From an uncultured delta proteobacterium (GTDB lineage Bacteria > Myxococcota_A > Polyangia > Polyangiales > Polyangiaceae), in the NCBI GenBank assembly GCA_963806225.1, contig CAWDXG010000004.1, positions 2,016,001 through 2,080,000 of the forward strand: DNA of 64,000 nt, read 5' to 3'. The position numbers and the translations under genes were made by a program. Below the pieces are notes generated by a model, which saw only the letters and a program-made list of their open reading frames with translations, made no database searches and had not been told where the DNA came from. Every line of letters starts with the position of its first letter. Position 1 is the stretch's first letter. This document shows, piece after piece, positions 20,616 through 32,000 of this stretch.

Positions 20616-21356
20616 CTAGAGATCGCGTTCGGTTCCTGTGTCGATGACCTCGGCCTCTTCGAAGCCCGGCCGGGCCTTCATCCGCGCGTAGTAGTCCCCG
20701 GTCGCCGTGCCCGCCCACCATTTCTCGAACCCGTGGATCCGGAAACGCGCCAGCGCCGCGGTGGCAAAGCAGTCGGCAAGCGAGTAGGCGTCGCCTGCCA
20801 GGTAGTCCTGCGCGGCCAGCGTTTCCGTCATCCGGCCGACGAGATCGCGCGCGGCGCCGACGTGCTGTTCAATACGGCTACGATCCTCGAGGAGGGCCTG
20901 CAAACGCCGGTTGCCTTCCAGGCGCGCGTCGATCAAGTCCCGCAATCCGGGTCGTCGAGCCGAAAGTTCCCCGAGGAGCCGGCCCCTGGCGACGATCTGG
21001 GGCGCGGCACCGTCCGGATCCAGCCGGTTTTGGTAGAGAAGAACGCCGTAGTGCAAGGCCATGATGTCGCGAAGCCAGAGCTGCGTCGTGCCGTCTCCGG
21101 AGAGATTGGGCCCCGGCAGTGCCTGCACCCTGTTCACGGTCCGGATCGTATCGGTGACGATTTCGTCGCCGATCGCGAGCGTCGGCACCACGGCGCGCGG
21201 ATTGAGGGCGACATACCACGGCTCGAACTGCTCGTTGGTGTCCATGATGTCGATCTCGCGACGCGTGAAGGGCTGCTGCTTCTCGACGAGTGCGAGCCGC
21301 GCCATCTGGGAGCAGATCGAGGAGCTGTGATCATAGAGCAGAAGCGCAGCCACCAT
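20616..21356 (-). CDS. Glutathione S-transferase family protein
   Basis: SICSQMARLALVEK, EQFEPWYVALNPRAVVPTL, YLAGDAYSLAD, YYARMKARPGF. Confidence 0.88.
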   Translation of the reverse strand: MVAALLLYDHSSSICSQMARLALVEKQQPFTRREIDIMDTNEQFEPWYVALNPRAVVPTLAIGDEIVTDTIRTVNRVQALPGPNLSGDGTTQLWLRDIMALHYGVLLYQNRLDPDGAAPQIVARGRLLGELSARRPGLRDLIDARLEGNRRLQALLEDRSRIEQHVGAARDLVGRMTETLAAQDYLAGDAYSLADCFATAALARFRIHGFEKWWAGTATGDYYARMKARPGFEEAEVIDTGTERDL

Positions 21357-21438
21357 GGTTGTTCCTTGCTGGTCGTAGAGCGCCAGCCGGGTTCGCGCAA
21401 CGTAACAGGTCAGCGGCACGTCTGGTACGCTGCGCTCT

Positions 21439-22182
21439 GTGGGTGTGTTCGCGTTCGCGGTGCTCGCTTTTGCGGCGGGATTGTTGCTCGTCGTGTTCGG
21501 GGTCGGGATCATCGCGGGCAGGTGGCGCGCCGGGTCCGATCTGCGGCCCGCGGCGAACTCACCGCTGTCGGGCTGCCTTGTCGCCATCTGGGCGATCCCG
21601 TTGGGGCTGGCGATGCTCGCCAGCAGCTGGCTTGCCGCGCGCGACGTGCCGCCGATCGACTGGCTGTATGGTGGGCTCTACGTCGCGTCTGTGGTCGGGC
21701 CGATCGCGACACAGTGGCTACTGCGCAACTACCCTACCCGGGTCGACAGCCTCCTCGCCGAGATACGCGGCCACCTCGCGAAAGGCGTCGAGCCGGAGCA
21801 CATAGAGCTGAACGACAATTCTCCAGCACACACGGTGATCGCGGTCGGGCTCGGCGTCGGACGAGAGCCCGCCTCCCCCGGAACGGGGAGCTACCGCGAC
21901 GCACCCGGAACACCGGACTACGCCGCTCGCGTCCGTGCTGCGGTGGCGGCCGCTCGTTCCCACGAGATGCGTCGGACGATCCTCGGCGGGCTTCCGACTC
22001 TGGCTCCCGCGCTCGGCGTAAGCGTCCTCGCAGGCTCGCACGTTCCCATCAGCAGCTTCTTCACCTGGGTGCTGTACGGCGGCGCCGCACTGGGCGCGCT
22101 CGGCCTCTGGCTCGCGGCCTTCACCGTGCAGAGGATCCGCGTCGCAGCCGACGGGATCGACCGCATCCTGCTCGAACGCTAG
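21439..22182 (+). CDS. Hypothetical membrane protein
   Basis: About 5 hydrophobic segments; GSYRDA motif. Confidence 0.55.
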   Translation: MGVFAFAVLAFAAGLLLVVFGVGIIAGRWRAGSDLRPAANSPLSGCLVAIWAIPLGLAMLASSWLAARDVPPIDWLYGGLYVASVVGPIATQWLLRNYPTRVDSLLAEIRGHLAKGVEPEHIELNDNSPAHTVIAVGLGVGREPASPGTGSYRDAPGTPDYAARVRAAVAAARSHEMRRTILGGLPTLAPALGVSVLAGSHVPISSFFTWVLYGGAALGALGLWLAAFTVQRIRVAADGIDRILLER

Positions 22183-22267
22183 GCACGCCACGTAGTCTCG
22201 AGCTGTCCCGCGTGCCGGCCCGGCACGGAAGTCCCAGGTCGCTGGCGAAGATCCCGATGTTCAGGCT

Positions 22268-23677
22268 CTAGCCGCGGCGGCGCAGCACGAACAAGCCCAG
22301 GCCGAGCAGCGCAAACAGCGCGGGCGGCGCCGAGGGCGCGCGGCCTCCCAGGCGGCAACCGCAGCCGCCGCTGCTGCCCGCAGTGGTGCCGCCGCGGCCC
22401 GGCGCGGCGTCGCTGCTCGAGTCGGGCAGTCCGGCTGCGTCGAACGGCGCGGTCGCGTCGGCTCCGGCGTCGCCCGGTACGCCCGCGTCGGTCGCTGTGC
22501 CGGCGTCGGAGCCACTGACGGGCGTGGCGCGCAGCGCGTCGATGGCAAAGCTCTTGCCGTTGTCGGAAGCGTTGACGTAGTTGTCGCCGAGGCGCACCCA
22601 CTGGTTGCCCCCGGCGTCGAAATCGAAGCTGCCCAGATCCACCCAGCCGCCTTGCGTCAGCGACTGGTCGATCAGCACCTTGGTGGTGGCGGCTCCCGCG
22701 TACTGGATCTTGTAGGTCGCGCCGGTAGTGGCGTTGGTCAGCGCGGGCACGTAGGCGGACAGCTGGTAGGTGCCGGCCTGCGCGAACACCAGGTGCCAGA
22801 ACAACCCCTGCACGTAGTTCGGGTCCGGCGTGTCGGCCGTCGACCAGAAGGCGTGCCCGCCGTGGCCGTTCATGTCGGAGAGCGGACCGTTCACCGCCTC
22901 GCCGCACGGCCCGTCCTCTTCCAGCGTGGTGCCGGTGGGCTGGATGATGATGTTGCAGCCCGTCTGCGGCGGCGTCGTGGTGCCGTTGTTCTTCGAGGTG
23001 AGCGTCTGGCCCTGCGTGAGCCCTGTGTAGCCGTCGAGGGGCTCGGGGATCACCGCGTGTCCGCCGTAGGAGCCGCCGCTGCCGGTGCCGCCGAAGTTGG
23101 CGTCGCGGTGCACGGCAAAGTGCGTGTGCGGCGTGGAAAAGCTGCTGCAGCTCAGCGCCCCCTGGCACGACTGGCCCAGCGTGCCGATCTGATCGCCCTT
23201 CTTGACCTTGTCCCCGGTCTTGACGGTGATGGTGTCGAGGTGAGCGTACATCGTCGTGTACACGTGCCCATCGCCGAAGTCGTGGTGGATGTAGACGCGC
23301 TGGCCGTAGTTCGCCCAGCCCTGCGAACCCCAACCGGCGTCGAGCACGGTGCCGTCCGCTGCGGCGAGCACCGGCTGGCCTTTGCCGTGGTTCGAGTGGT
23401 CGGGCAAGTTCAGATCGAGCGCGTACCAGTCGTTCGCGCAGGACGAGTCGCTCGCCCGGCAGTGCAGGCTCGAGCCGCCCGTGGGGCCATAGCCTGAAAG
23501 CAGGTAGACGTGCTCGCCCGCCTTGAACGGCAGCGACAGATCGGCGCCCGAGGGCAGCGTCACGGCGCCGGCGGACTGGCAGGTGGCGTACTGGCAGGCC
23601 CGGGCTGGCCGCGCGCCGAAGAGCAGGACCAGGGCACCAACGAGGACGACAAGCAGTCTTTCGATGCGGCGGCTCAT
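22268..23677 (-). CDS. M23 peptidase with golvesin-like beta-sandwich domain and MYXO-CTERM tail
   Basis: ALDLNL, PVLAAADGTV, YAHL, PHTHF; GGWVDLGSFDF...IDALR; GGCGC + TM + RRR. Confidence 0.85.
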   Translation of the reverse strand: MSRRIERLLVVLVGALVLLFGARPARACQYATCQSAGAVTLPSGADLSLPFKAGEHVYLLSGYGPTGGSSLHCRASDSSCANDWYALDLNLPDHSNHGKGQPVLAAADGTVLDAGWGSQGWANYGQRVYIHHDFGDGHVYTTMYAHLDTITVKTGDKVKKGDQIGTLGQSCQGALSCSSFSTPHTHFAVHRDANFGGTGSGGSYGGHAVIPEPLDGYTGLTQGQTLTSKNNGTTTPPQTGCNIIIQPTGTTLEEDGPCGEAVNGPLSDMNGHGGHAFWSTADTPDPNYVQGLFWHLVFAQAGTYQLSAYVPALTNATTGATYKIQYAGAATTKVLIDQSLTQGGWVDLGSFDFDAGGNQWVRLGDNYVNASDNGKSFAIDALRATPVSGSDAGTATDAGVPGDAGADATAPFDAAGLPDSSSDAAPGRGGTTAGSSGGCGCRLGGRAPSAPPALFALLGLGLFVLRRRG

Positions 23678-23726
23678 GCGAGCACCTCCGAGCGTGAGGC
23701 TTGAGCATAGCGGTTTTCCGGGCGGT

Positions 23727-26042
23727 TCAGAAGGACGCTTCGACGCCGATGCTCGGGATGCTGACCGGACCGATCTGGTCGGTCTGGCAACTCGACCCGT
23801 TGCAGTCGACGTTGACCGTTTCCTTGTTCAGCGTGGCGTTCAGCATCTCGACGATGAAGGCCCAGTAGCCGTGCTTGCCAAGGCGCCAGCGCTTCTCGAC
23901 GCGGAAGTCGATGCGATAAAACGAGGGGATGCGCCGTGGATGCGCTGTCCGGAGCACGCCGGGCGTGTCCTGCCGCGCGGGAAAGCCGGTGTAGAACACG
24001 ACGCGCGTGCCGGCACGCCAGTGAGCTCCTAGATCGTAGGCCAGCGCCAGGTTCAGCACGTGGGTGCGGTCGAAGTTGGCCGGATAGCGCTCGCGGCCGA
24101 TCGCGCGCATCGAACGCGACAGCGTGTACGACAGGAAACCGCCGAGCCGCTTGGTCAGCGCCCGGTGCAGGTACAGCTCGAGCCCCACGCTGGAGCCGAG
24201 GCTGCGACTGTCGAGCACGTCCGCCGCGTTGCCCAGTCGCCCGGAGCCCTGCTGGGTGTCGCTGGAGCGGTTGCCGTTGCCGCCGCCCGAGCCGAGCGGA
24301 TCGTTCAGGTTGAAAAATGTGTTCTGGAACAGTGTGAGCCTGCCGAGGATGTCCGCCGGCAGGTCCACCTCCACGCCCGCGCTCGACTGCACGGCGTGCT
24401 GCAGTCCGTGTCCCAGGCCACCCACCTGGAAGCCGGGCAGCGGCACGACAAAGCCGGGAGGCTGGCTCGCGAGGCCGAACGCATGCAGGAGGCGCACCTT
24501 GTCACTGACCGCGAAGCGCGCCGAGATGCGCGGCTCGACGGAGAACGCCGCAGCGCCCTCGGAGGTGTAGTAGTCGACACGGAGACCCGGCGTGACCTCG
24601 ACCCCCGGCGCTGCCTGCAGCACCGCGTCGCTCCAGAAGCCGGTGACCAGGTCCGAGCGGGTGGGAAACAGCGAGGTGAAGTCCCGGGTGCTCTGGTCGG
24701 CACCCGGTGGCAGCAGCACGTCGTAGTAGTCGAGCTCGGCGTCGGCGCCACCGCGCAGCAGCGTGCTCCGGCTCTTGCGATGGTGGACCTCCGTCCGGAT
24801 CCTGATCGACCGATCGCGCGTCGCCGGGTCGTTGGGGCTGCCTCCGGTGCGATCCAGTCCAAGCGTGACGGCCGTCCTTACGTGGGTCTTCGACGAGACG
24901 CGACGGTCGTAGCGCAGATCGACGCGATGGAACTGCGTGTTGAAGGCTGCCTGCGTAGTGCCGTCGCTCTGCTTCTCGCCCAGGAAGTCGTACGCGCCGA
25001 AGGCAAAGACGCTGACGGTGTCGCGCGGCGTCAGGTCGTAGCTGGCGCGCGTCTGGTAGTCCCAGTAGTCGAGCACCGTGCTGGGCGAGATCAGCGACAG
25101 CAGCAGCCCGGTGTACGAGTAGCGCCCGCCCACCAGCACCGCGCCGCTGTGATCGGGCAGCGGCGCTTCGACCATGCCGCCGGCGTCCACCACGCGCACC
25201 TCGCCCTCGCCGTGCAGGTCGGTGCGCGGCGGCGTGGTCTCTCCCGCGACGATGCCGCCGGCAAAGCGCCCGTAGCGCGCCGGGTAGCCGCCGGCGTACA
25301 GATCCACGCTGTCGACCATGGCGGGATTGATGACGGAGGGGCCGAGACCGACGTGGTAGAGCAGCGGCACGCGGACCCCGTCGATGTAGTAGCCCACGTC
25401 GCCGGGCGGCGCGCCGCGCACGTAGAAATACGGAAGCCCGCTGATGATGGGCGTGACGCCGGGCATCGCCTCCACGGCGCGGAACGGATCACCGAAGCTG
25501 CCCGGCAGCTGCCGCACCTCGGCGCGCGTGAGCTTCGTCACGCCCGGCGGGGTCCTCTGGCCGAGCACGTCGATGACGATGGGCGCGGGCTTGCTCGCCT
25601 TGGCTGGCTTTCTTGTCGACTCTGTCTTCGCTGGCAGTTTGGGTTCCGGCGCTGGCAGCCGCGGCGGTGTGGGCGGCGGCGGTGGCGCCTCGAACGTGAC
25701 CTCGAAGCGGATGCGCGCGGCCACCGGCTTGCCGTCGCGGAGCGCCGGCGAGAAGCGCCAGCCCTTCGACGCATCGCGCGCCGCCGTCGCGAAGGGCTCG
25801 ACGCCGCTCACCACGCGCCGGTCGTGCACGGAACCGTCGACCGCGACCACGAGCTCGAGGATCACAACGTCCCCGCCGTGCGCCCCCGGCGGATACTTCA
25901 CCGAGGTGTCGCCCTGCGGCTTCGGCATCACCACGGCGGGGTGCGCGTGCTTCGCCGGCGGCTGCGCCCTGGCCGGAGCCGTGCACAGACACAGCGCGAT
26001 CAGGACCAGCACCTGGCTGGTACGGCGGCGGGACAACGCCAT
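23727..26042 (-). CDS. TonB-dependent receptor with N-terminal TonB-C domain
   Basis: WRFSPALRDGKPV (TonB-C), LPGSFGDPFRAVEAMPGV plug, GGYPARYG, C-terminal IGVEASF. Confidence 0.9.
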   Translation of the reverse strand: MALSRRRTSQVLVLIALCLCTAPARAQPPAKHAHPAVVMPKPQGDTSVKYPPGAHGGDVVILELVVAVDGSVHDRRVVSGVEPFATAARDASKGWRFSPALRDGKPVAARIRFEVTFEAPPPPPTPPRLPAPEPKLPAKTESTRKPAKASKPAPIVIDVLGQRTPPGVTKLTRAEVRQLPGSFGDPFRAVEAMPGVTPIISGLPYFYVRGAPPGDVGYYIDGVRVPLLYHVGLGPSVINPAMVDSVDLYAGGYPARYGRFAGGIVAGETTPPRTDLHGEGEVRVVDAGGMVEAPLPDHSGAVLVGGRYSYTGLLLSLISPSTVLDYWDYQTRASYDLTPRDTVSVFAFGAYDFLGEKQSDGTTQAAFNTQFHRVDLRYDRRVSSKTHVRTAVTLGLDRTGGSPNDPATRDRSIRIRTEVHHRKSRSTLLRGGADAELDYYDVLLPPGADQSTRDFTSLFPTRSDLVTGFWSDAVLQAAPGVEVTPGLRVDYYTSEGAAAFSVEPRISARFAVSDKVRLLHAFGLASQPPGFVVPLPGFQVGGLGHGLQHAVQSSAGVEVDLPADILGRLTLFQNTFFNLNDPLGSGGGNGNRSSDTQQGSGRLGNAADVLDSRSLGSSVGLELYLHRALTKRLGGFLSYTLSRSMRAIGRERYPANFDRTHVLNLALAYDLGAHWRAGTRVVFYTGFPARQDTPGVLRTAHPRRIPSFYRIDFRVEKRWRLGKHGYWAFIVEMLNATLNKETVNVDCNGSSCQTDQIGPVSIPSIGVEASF

Positions 26043-26047
26043 GGGCG

Positions 26048-26890
26048 CTACGGCTCCGGCTGCGGCGGCAAGTCGCTGCAGCAGCGGAACCCGATCTCGT
26101 AGAACCGGAAGGCGTCACCATGCGTGGTCACGGCGCTCTGGCAGGTGCGCGCTTCCGCCCAGTAGCGGCCCTTGAGGCTGCCGTGGAAGTTGGTGGTCCC
26201 GCCGTCGCGACGGCGCGTCCATTCCTCGACGTTGCCGCACAGGTCGAACACGCCGTCGCTGTTCGTGCAGTCGGCGTGCGTACCGCTCGGGTCGCCCTGG
26301 TAGAGCGACTGCACCTCGTCGGCGGCGACGCTGCCGGCGGTCGAAGCCTGACGTGCAGCGTCCAGCAGGTCCGACAGCTTGTCGATGCTGCTGGCCGGGA
26401 GGTTCCAGGGCCAGCCGTTCAGCTGGGTCTGGTTGTACACCTTCCACACCTTGTCATCGTTGCACGTGCCGGGCTCGTGCGTGTCGCCATACGGATAGCT
26501 CGTCATGGCCGGGCCCTCGCACGCCTCGGTCCATTCGTCGTCGAAACACAGGCGCTTGCCGCGTGCCTGGCACCAGGCCGACGCCTCGGTGAACGTGTAC
26601 ATCACCAGCGGCCGTGCGCCTTCGCGGTTCGGGGCTTCGTAGAGGTCCATGCAGTAGCTGCCCAGGTCGACCATGTCCTGGGGACAGGGCGACGGCTCCG
26701 TGGGCGCGTCGGGTAGAGCGTCCAGAGGGGCGTCACCCGCGCCGTCGGCGGCGGCGTCGGCGCCCGCGTCGACCGTGCTTCGCGCGCCGCCCTCGTCCCC
26801 GGAGCTGCACGCGGCCGGCAAGAGCAGCGCGAGCGCGAGAGCCGCCGATAGGGCGCCGGACAAGCCCCTCCGACCGGATACGACGCGCAT
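26048..26890 (-). CDS. Formylglycine-generating enzyme (FGE-sulfatase/SUMF1) domain lipoprotein
   Basis: YCMDLYEAPN, CQARGKRLC, GVFDLCGNVEEW, IGFRCC. Confidence 0.88.
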   Translation of the reverse strand: MRVVSGRRGLSGALSAALALALLLPAACSSGDEGGARSTVDAGADAAADGAGDAPLDALPDAPTEPSPCPQDMVDLGSYCMDLYEAPNREGARPLVMYTFTEASAWCQARGKRLCFDDEWTEACEGPAMTSYPYGDTHEPGTCNDDKVWKVYNQTQLNGWPWNLPASSIDKLSDLLDAARQASTAGSVAADEVQSLYQGDPSGTHADCTNSDGVFDLCGNVEEWTRRRDGGTTNFHGSLKGRYWAEARTCQSAVTTHGDAFRFYEIGFRCCSDLPPQPEP

Positions 26891-26984
26891 CGCGACGCGA
26901 TTGTATCCTCCCGGCCAGGGCGCGAGGAAGCTACAGTCTCCGCCCGATGCTCGATTTCATTCTCTGCCCGGCACCACCAGCACC

Positions 26985-27713
26985 GTGACGCCGCCTCCGG
27001 AGGCGAGTCAGCTCGTCCTGGCAGCCGCCATCGTGGGTCTGGGCGCGACCGTGCAGGGCTCGGTCGGCTTCGGCATGGCGCTGTTGTCCGCGCCGCTGCT
27101 GACGCTGATCGATCGCAGGCTCGTGCCCGGTCCGCTCCTGGTGGCAGCGCTCGCGCTGACGCTGTTGGTCGTCTGGCGCGATCGGCGCTCGGTCGACGTG
27201 GGCGGCGTGAAGTGGGCGCTGGTCGGTCGGGTTCCCGGCACCGTGGTCGGCGCGCTCACGCTGTCGCTCCTACCGCTGCACACGCTGACGCTGATCTTCG
27301 GTGGCGTGGTGATCGCGGCCGTGCTGATGCTGGCCTTCGGGCTGCCTCTGAAGCCGAAGGTGCCCGTCCTGCTCGGCGCGGGGCTCCTGTCGGGCTTCAT
27401 GGGCACGACCTCGTCGATCGGCGGTCCGCCCGTCGCGATGGTCTACCAGCACGAAAAGGGCCCCGCCGTGCGCGGCACCCTGGCGGGCTATTTCACATTC
27501 GGCGCCAGCATGTCGATCGCGGCGCTGGCGATCGTCGGGCGCTTCGGCCTGCGCGAGCTCGGCTGGGCCCTGTGGCTTCTGCCGGGCGTGCTCGTCGGCT
27601 TCGCGCTGTCGGCGCGCGTCACCCGCTGGCTCGACGCCGGCCGCACGCGACAAGCCGTGCTGGTCGTCGCGGCGCTTTCCGGCGCGATTGTCGTTGTGAA
27701 GCAGCTGCTGTAG
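26985..27713 (+). CDS. TauE/SafE family membrane protein
   Basis: VQGSVGFGMALL, SGFMGTTSSIGGPP; multiple TM segments. Confidence 0.88.
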   Translation: MTPPPEASQLVLAAAIVGLGATVQGSVGFGMALLSAPLLTLIDRRLVPGPLLVAALALTLLVVWRDRRSVDVGGVKWALVGRVPGTVVGALTLSLLPLHTLTLIFGGVVIAAVLMLAFGLPLKPKVPVLLGAGLLSGFMGTTSSIGGPPVAMVYQHEKGPAVRGTLAGYFTFGASMSIAALAIVGRFGLRELGWALWLLPGVLVGFALSARVTRWLDAGRTRQAVLVVAALSGAIVVVKQLL

Positions 27714-27764
27714 CGGCCGCCGGGGCACGCTTGCCCGCTGGTCATACTGGAGTATGATTGAAGT

Positions 27765-28022
27765 ATGACTGCCGGGAAGATTGCCGTCAGCGTGCCTTCC
27801 GATCTGCTCGAGCGCCTGGAAGCAGTTCGCCGCCGATCGGGCAGGAGCCGGAGCGCGCTGGTAGCAGAAGCGATCCAGGCTTGGTTGGATCAGGAGGAGC
27901 CGAACGACGACGACCGTCGCTACGTCGAAGGCTACCTGAAGCATCCCGAACGTACCGAGGACACGGCGGCTGTGGCTGCGGCCGCCATCGCGAGCTGGGA
28001 GCCGTGGGATGAGACGCGGTGA
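27765..28022 (+). CDS. Ribbon-helix-helix (CopG) antitoxin
   Basis: KIAVSVPSDLLERLE...SRSALVAEAI; overlaps the toxin start. Confidence 0.85.
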   Translation: MTAGKIAVSVPSDLLERLEAVRRRSGRSRSALVAEAIQAWLDQEEPNDDDRRYVEGYLKHPERTEDTAAVAAAAIASWEPWDETR

Positions 28023-28320
28023 GGTCTGGTGGGCCAGGCTCCCGGAGCCAGCTGGACGCCGCCCGGTGGTCCTGGTCTCCCGCGACTCCGCCTACGCCGT
28101 ACGCTCGTCCGTCACCGTCCTTGAAGTGTCCCGCAGTGCGCGCGGCATTCCCTCGGAGGTTCCTCTCGGAAGGCGCGACGGCCTCCCGCGTCGCTGCGTC
28201 GCCAACGCCGACAATCTGGTCACCATCCCGAAGGCCTGGCTCGAGTCCAGGATCGCAGCGCTGTCGCACGACAAGCTGGCGCTCGTCGACGACGCGCTGC
28301 GTTTCTCCCTGGCCTTGTGA
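28009..28320 (+). CDS. mazF: MazF/PemK endoribonuclease toxin
   Basis: MRRGEVWWARL...GRRPVVLVSRD...CVANADNLVTIPK. Confidence 0.9.
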   Translation: MRRGEVWWARLPEPAGRRPVVLVSRDSAYAVRSSVTVLEVSRSARGIPSEVPLGRRDGLPRRCVANADNLVTIPKAWLESRIAALSHDKLALVDDALRFSLAL

Positions 28321-28908
28321 GATTTCCTGGGTCGAGTGTTGGAGCGAACGAGCCCGGCTAATCCAGCGGGTGTTCGACATCGGTGCAGCGCCCGACGCGG
28401 ATGCAGCGCCCGACTCAGAAGCGGCAGCGCCTGACGCGGCGCCGCCCGACGGCATGGCCTCCGAAGCGAGCGGCAACAGCGCGGGGACGGAAGCGCGGGC
28501 TCGCCGCGCCCTGATCGCGGCGGTACGCCCTGCCCGAGCGCAGGCAGTGGATGGCTATCGCGAGCCCCCGGGCGGGCTGATGAACAGCATCGAAGCGGCC
28601 ATGCTGCTCCCCAGATGAACAGCCGGGAGCGCAGCAGACGCGTGGCAACTGGTGTCCCGGGGATTCTCCGGGGGTTGCGAAAAGCAGAGCGAGCAGCCAT
28701 TCGTCGCTACGGCCAACGCGACCGCGAACGCGACATTCGCCAACGCGACGATCCTGCCCCGCCTCGAGAAGCTCGCCCGCACGAAGAAATCATCCGCCCG
28801 CCAACGCCCCGCTGCAAACTGCGGGAACCCTCCTGATGTGCGCCCCACGCGCATGATGTGCGACAACCAGCGGTGCTCCGCGGCAACCGTGCGCACAGTC
28901 AGAATCCA

Positions 28909-28931
28909 GATTCCATATCGAAACTGGAATC
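28909..28931. promoter_or_regulatory. 7-bp inverted repeat upstream of the large protease gene
   Basis: GATTCCA-N9-TGGAATC in an AT-richer intergenic patch. Confidence 0.35.
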
Positions 28932-29019
28932 GTCGTCTGCGGCCGCTTTCGTGCTTGTACGCAGCGCTGCATGGCGAGACAATGCGAAGGTTGCGCGGGC
29001 GAACTCGCGCGGAAGCGGA

Positions 29020-32000
29020 GTGCGGCATGACAAGGGAACCGGAAAGGATTGGGGGGGCAGCCCCCGGTTTTCGAACACGGGGCGCTGGGCACGTGCGCTG
29101 ACCCTGGTCGGAGTCGTCCTCGCCATGATGACACTCGCCGGTCGTAGCGCGGCCATCACGAATGCGCCCCACATCACAGACCAGGGGACCGCGCCGGAGT
29201 TCATCTGGCTCGCCGTGAATAGTAACGGTCACAATGCGCTGTGCAGCGCAGTCCTCGCAACGCCGGTGCGCATGATCACGGCGGCACATTGCGTAAATGG
29301 GGACAAGAACTGGCTCATGGCCAGCAGCAACGTCGGTCTCTTGCCTTCCTCGGAGGTGTTCTTTGGCCGAGGATCGTCTCCAAGCGAGGACGACGTATGG
29401 AACTACCCCATCGCGACCTTCACGCCGGGCCCCTCGGACTACCACATCGTCGCGTGGAGCACGGACTCGCCGATAGACTTCGACTTCGAGAGTTCGGCCT
29501 ATCACGACCTCGCCGTGATCAAGCTCGACAAGCGCATCGGATCGAAGATCGCGGTCCCCGCCGTCATGCCATTCGATCCGGACGGTACCATGCACTACTG
29601 CGCCTCGTCCTTCATCGGCCGCTACCGTGGCTACGGTTGAACGTCGGGCGGGACGTATCACTACCTGGCCGAGGGGACAGCGGACACCTCGCCGCTGGGC
29701 GATTTCGCCTACGTGCAGCAGTGGTCCGTCAGCCAACTGCTGCTCGAAAGCATTCCAGGCATCAGTAATATCTACAACTTCTTCGTGGGAGGCGGCTCCG
29801 TGCAGCTACTCGACCACGGGGATTCGGGTGGCCCCCTGTACGACGGCCAGAAGCTGTGCGGTGTCAACTCGTCGTTTCGCGCCTGGCCGCACTGCGATCT
29901 GTGCACCTGTATCCCCGACCTGGACCCCAACTGCACCTGCATCCCAGGAACGGTCAAATGCAATCTATACGTCGAGAACGAGCAGACGCGCATCGACACG
30001 GTCGACGCCAGGGATTTCCTGATCGGGCGCCTCCAATCGAACAAGCCCGAGCGCCTGCTCGTTGACTCGAAGGGCAACTGGATCGGCACCTGCGGCGGCG
30101 AGGGCCCGGCGAGCAAACAGGATATCGACACCGACGGCGACCTGATCCCCGACGCCTGCGATCCGTGCCCAACGGTGTACGACGCCCAGTACCACGACAC
30201 TGGAGTCTACACGGACTACACGGATACCGACGGCGACGGCATCCCCGACATCTGCGACAACTGCCCCGACACCGGCACCCATGAACCGGTCGGTCCGAGC
30301 GACCCGGGGCGGGAACTCAACGGCAACCGCTGGGCCCAGCCGGACTCCGACAGCGACGGCATCGGCAACGCCTGCGACACCTGCCCGCATAGCGACCTGC
30401 GCGCGGTCGCAGGCAGCGCGAACTCGTTCCAGAGCGACTGGGTGTGCTGTAACAACAACGCCGACTGCAGCGGCACCCCGGGCAGCGGCTACCACACCAG
30501 CCACTGCGTCCCGCTCCCAAACCCCAATGAACCCATCTCCATCACGAATCCGCAGGTGGGCTTTGCGCCCAATGAGTGCGCCGGCCACGCGGGCCGCTGC
30601 TCGTTCGGCAAGGACGCCGATGTCGACGGCACGAGCGACCAATGCGACAACTGTCCCGATGACACGGCGACCCAGGACGACGCGGACGGCGACGGCGTGG
30701 GCGATGACTGCGACAATTGCCCCGGCACGGGCGACGCCACGGGCGAGTATCCGGACCCCCAGCACCACGAGGCAGATCGCAACGACTACGTGCCACCGAC
30801 CGACCCGGCGACCAACTACACGCCCCCGGACATGGTCTGTGCCCCTGATGGTGTCCCGGATCCGGCGGGCGAGGCGTACTGCAAGGGCCTGAACAGCGAG
30901 GGGCGCTGCGTTCCGGGCAAGGTTGTGGGCGGCGTGCTCCAGCCGGCGCTGTGCAGCAAGTTCCCCGACGCCGACGGAGACAGCGTGGGCGACGCCTGCG
31001 ACAACTGTCGCATCACATCGAATCACGACCCGAACGGCCCAGGCTCGAACCTCGGCGACCTGAACGGCCAGGCCAACTGCAACCTGCTGGCCGAGGTTGC
31101 GGGCGGCATGGCCTATCCGTACCTCGGCGACGCCTGCGACCCCAGCCCGTGCAACCGCGTGGCACGGCACCCCGCGGGGCCCGCCGGGGGGCTGTACCCC
31201 TACGACTGGACCGACGACGGCAAGCACGGCGATCTCTGGGGCATCACCACGTACGATCCGCAGATCCTGCCGGACAGCAAGACGCCGGATTTCCGGTCTC
31301 CGGAGACGCCTTTCAACAGCACGTACACGCAAGGGCAGACGCCGGTCGCAACAGTGGGAGCGCGCGTGTGCGACTGCGGGCTCGACCCCGACACGCACGA
31401 GGCGCGGAACGCTTGGCAGTGTCACTTGCTGAACATCTGTCGAATCGATCCGTCCCTCTACGACAAGCAGCCCTACAGAGTCCTGCAAACCTTCGGCGCC
31501 ACCGCGCCCGATCTCGCTTCCCTTCCAACGCCCGACAGTTCCAATTTGGCGCCGAACGGCGAAGTCTCCAACCTGCCGCTCGAAGCCGCAGCCGGCACCA
31601 CGCCCATCACCGCGGGACCGAACAACGATCACCTGGCGCCCTTCCTCGGCGCGCCCACCTACGTGGCCTGGGACCTTACGGCGAGCGGGGCGGCCAACCA
31701 CGGCGCCGTTCTGGGCTATGGCCTGCTGGGCGTCTACTGGACGGCCGTGCGCGACGTTCCGCAGGTGCTGCCCGGAACGCCAGCCGGGACGACCAAACCC
31801 TTTACCGACTGGTCCAACAAGTACTCGAGCGGCTTCGCCGGCCAGCCCGGACCGCTCAGCTCCGCCTCCCTGACGAAATCCACCTGCCCGCTCTGCAATC
31901 TGGGCACGTGCCCGTACTGCCAGATTCGAATCTGCAAAGCGTGCCTGGTGAGCCCGGAGTTCAATTCGCTGGTCACGAGCCCCGCCACTGGCCAGGTCTT

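Noticed and set aside
22195..22271. Short frame ending ...LAKIPMFRL*, loosely like the carboxylase ...GVFRH* tail
   Set aside because: No nucleotide similarity to the repeat; too short to support.
28380..28760. DAAPD-type repeats and three AACGCGAC copies
   Set aside because: Probably decayed low-complexity coding sequence; spacing is irregular and no feature can be supported.
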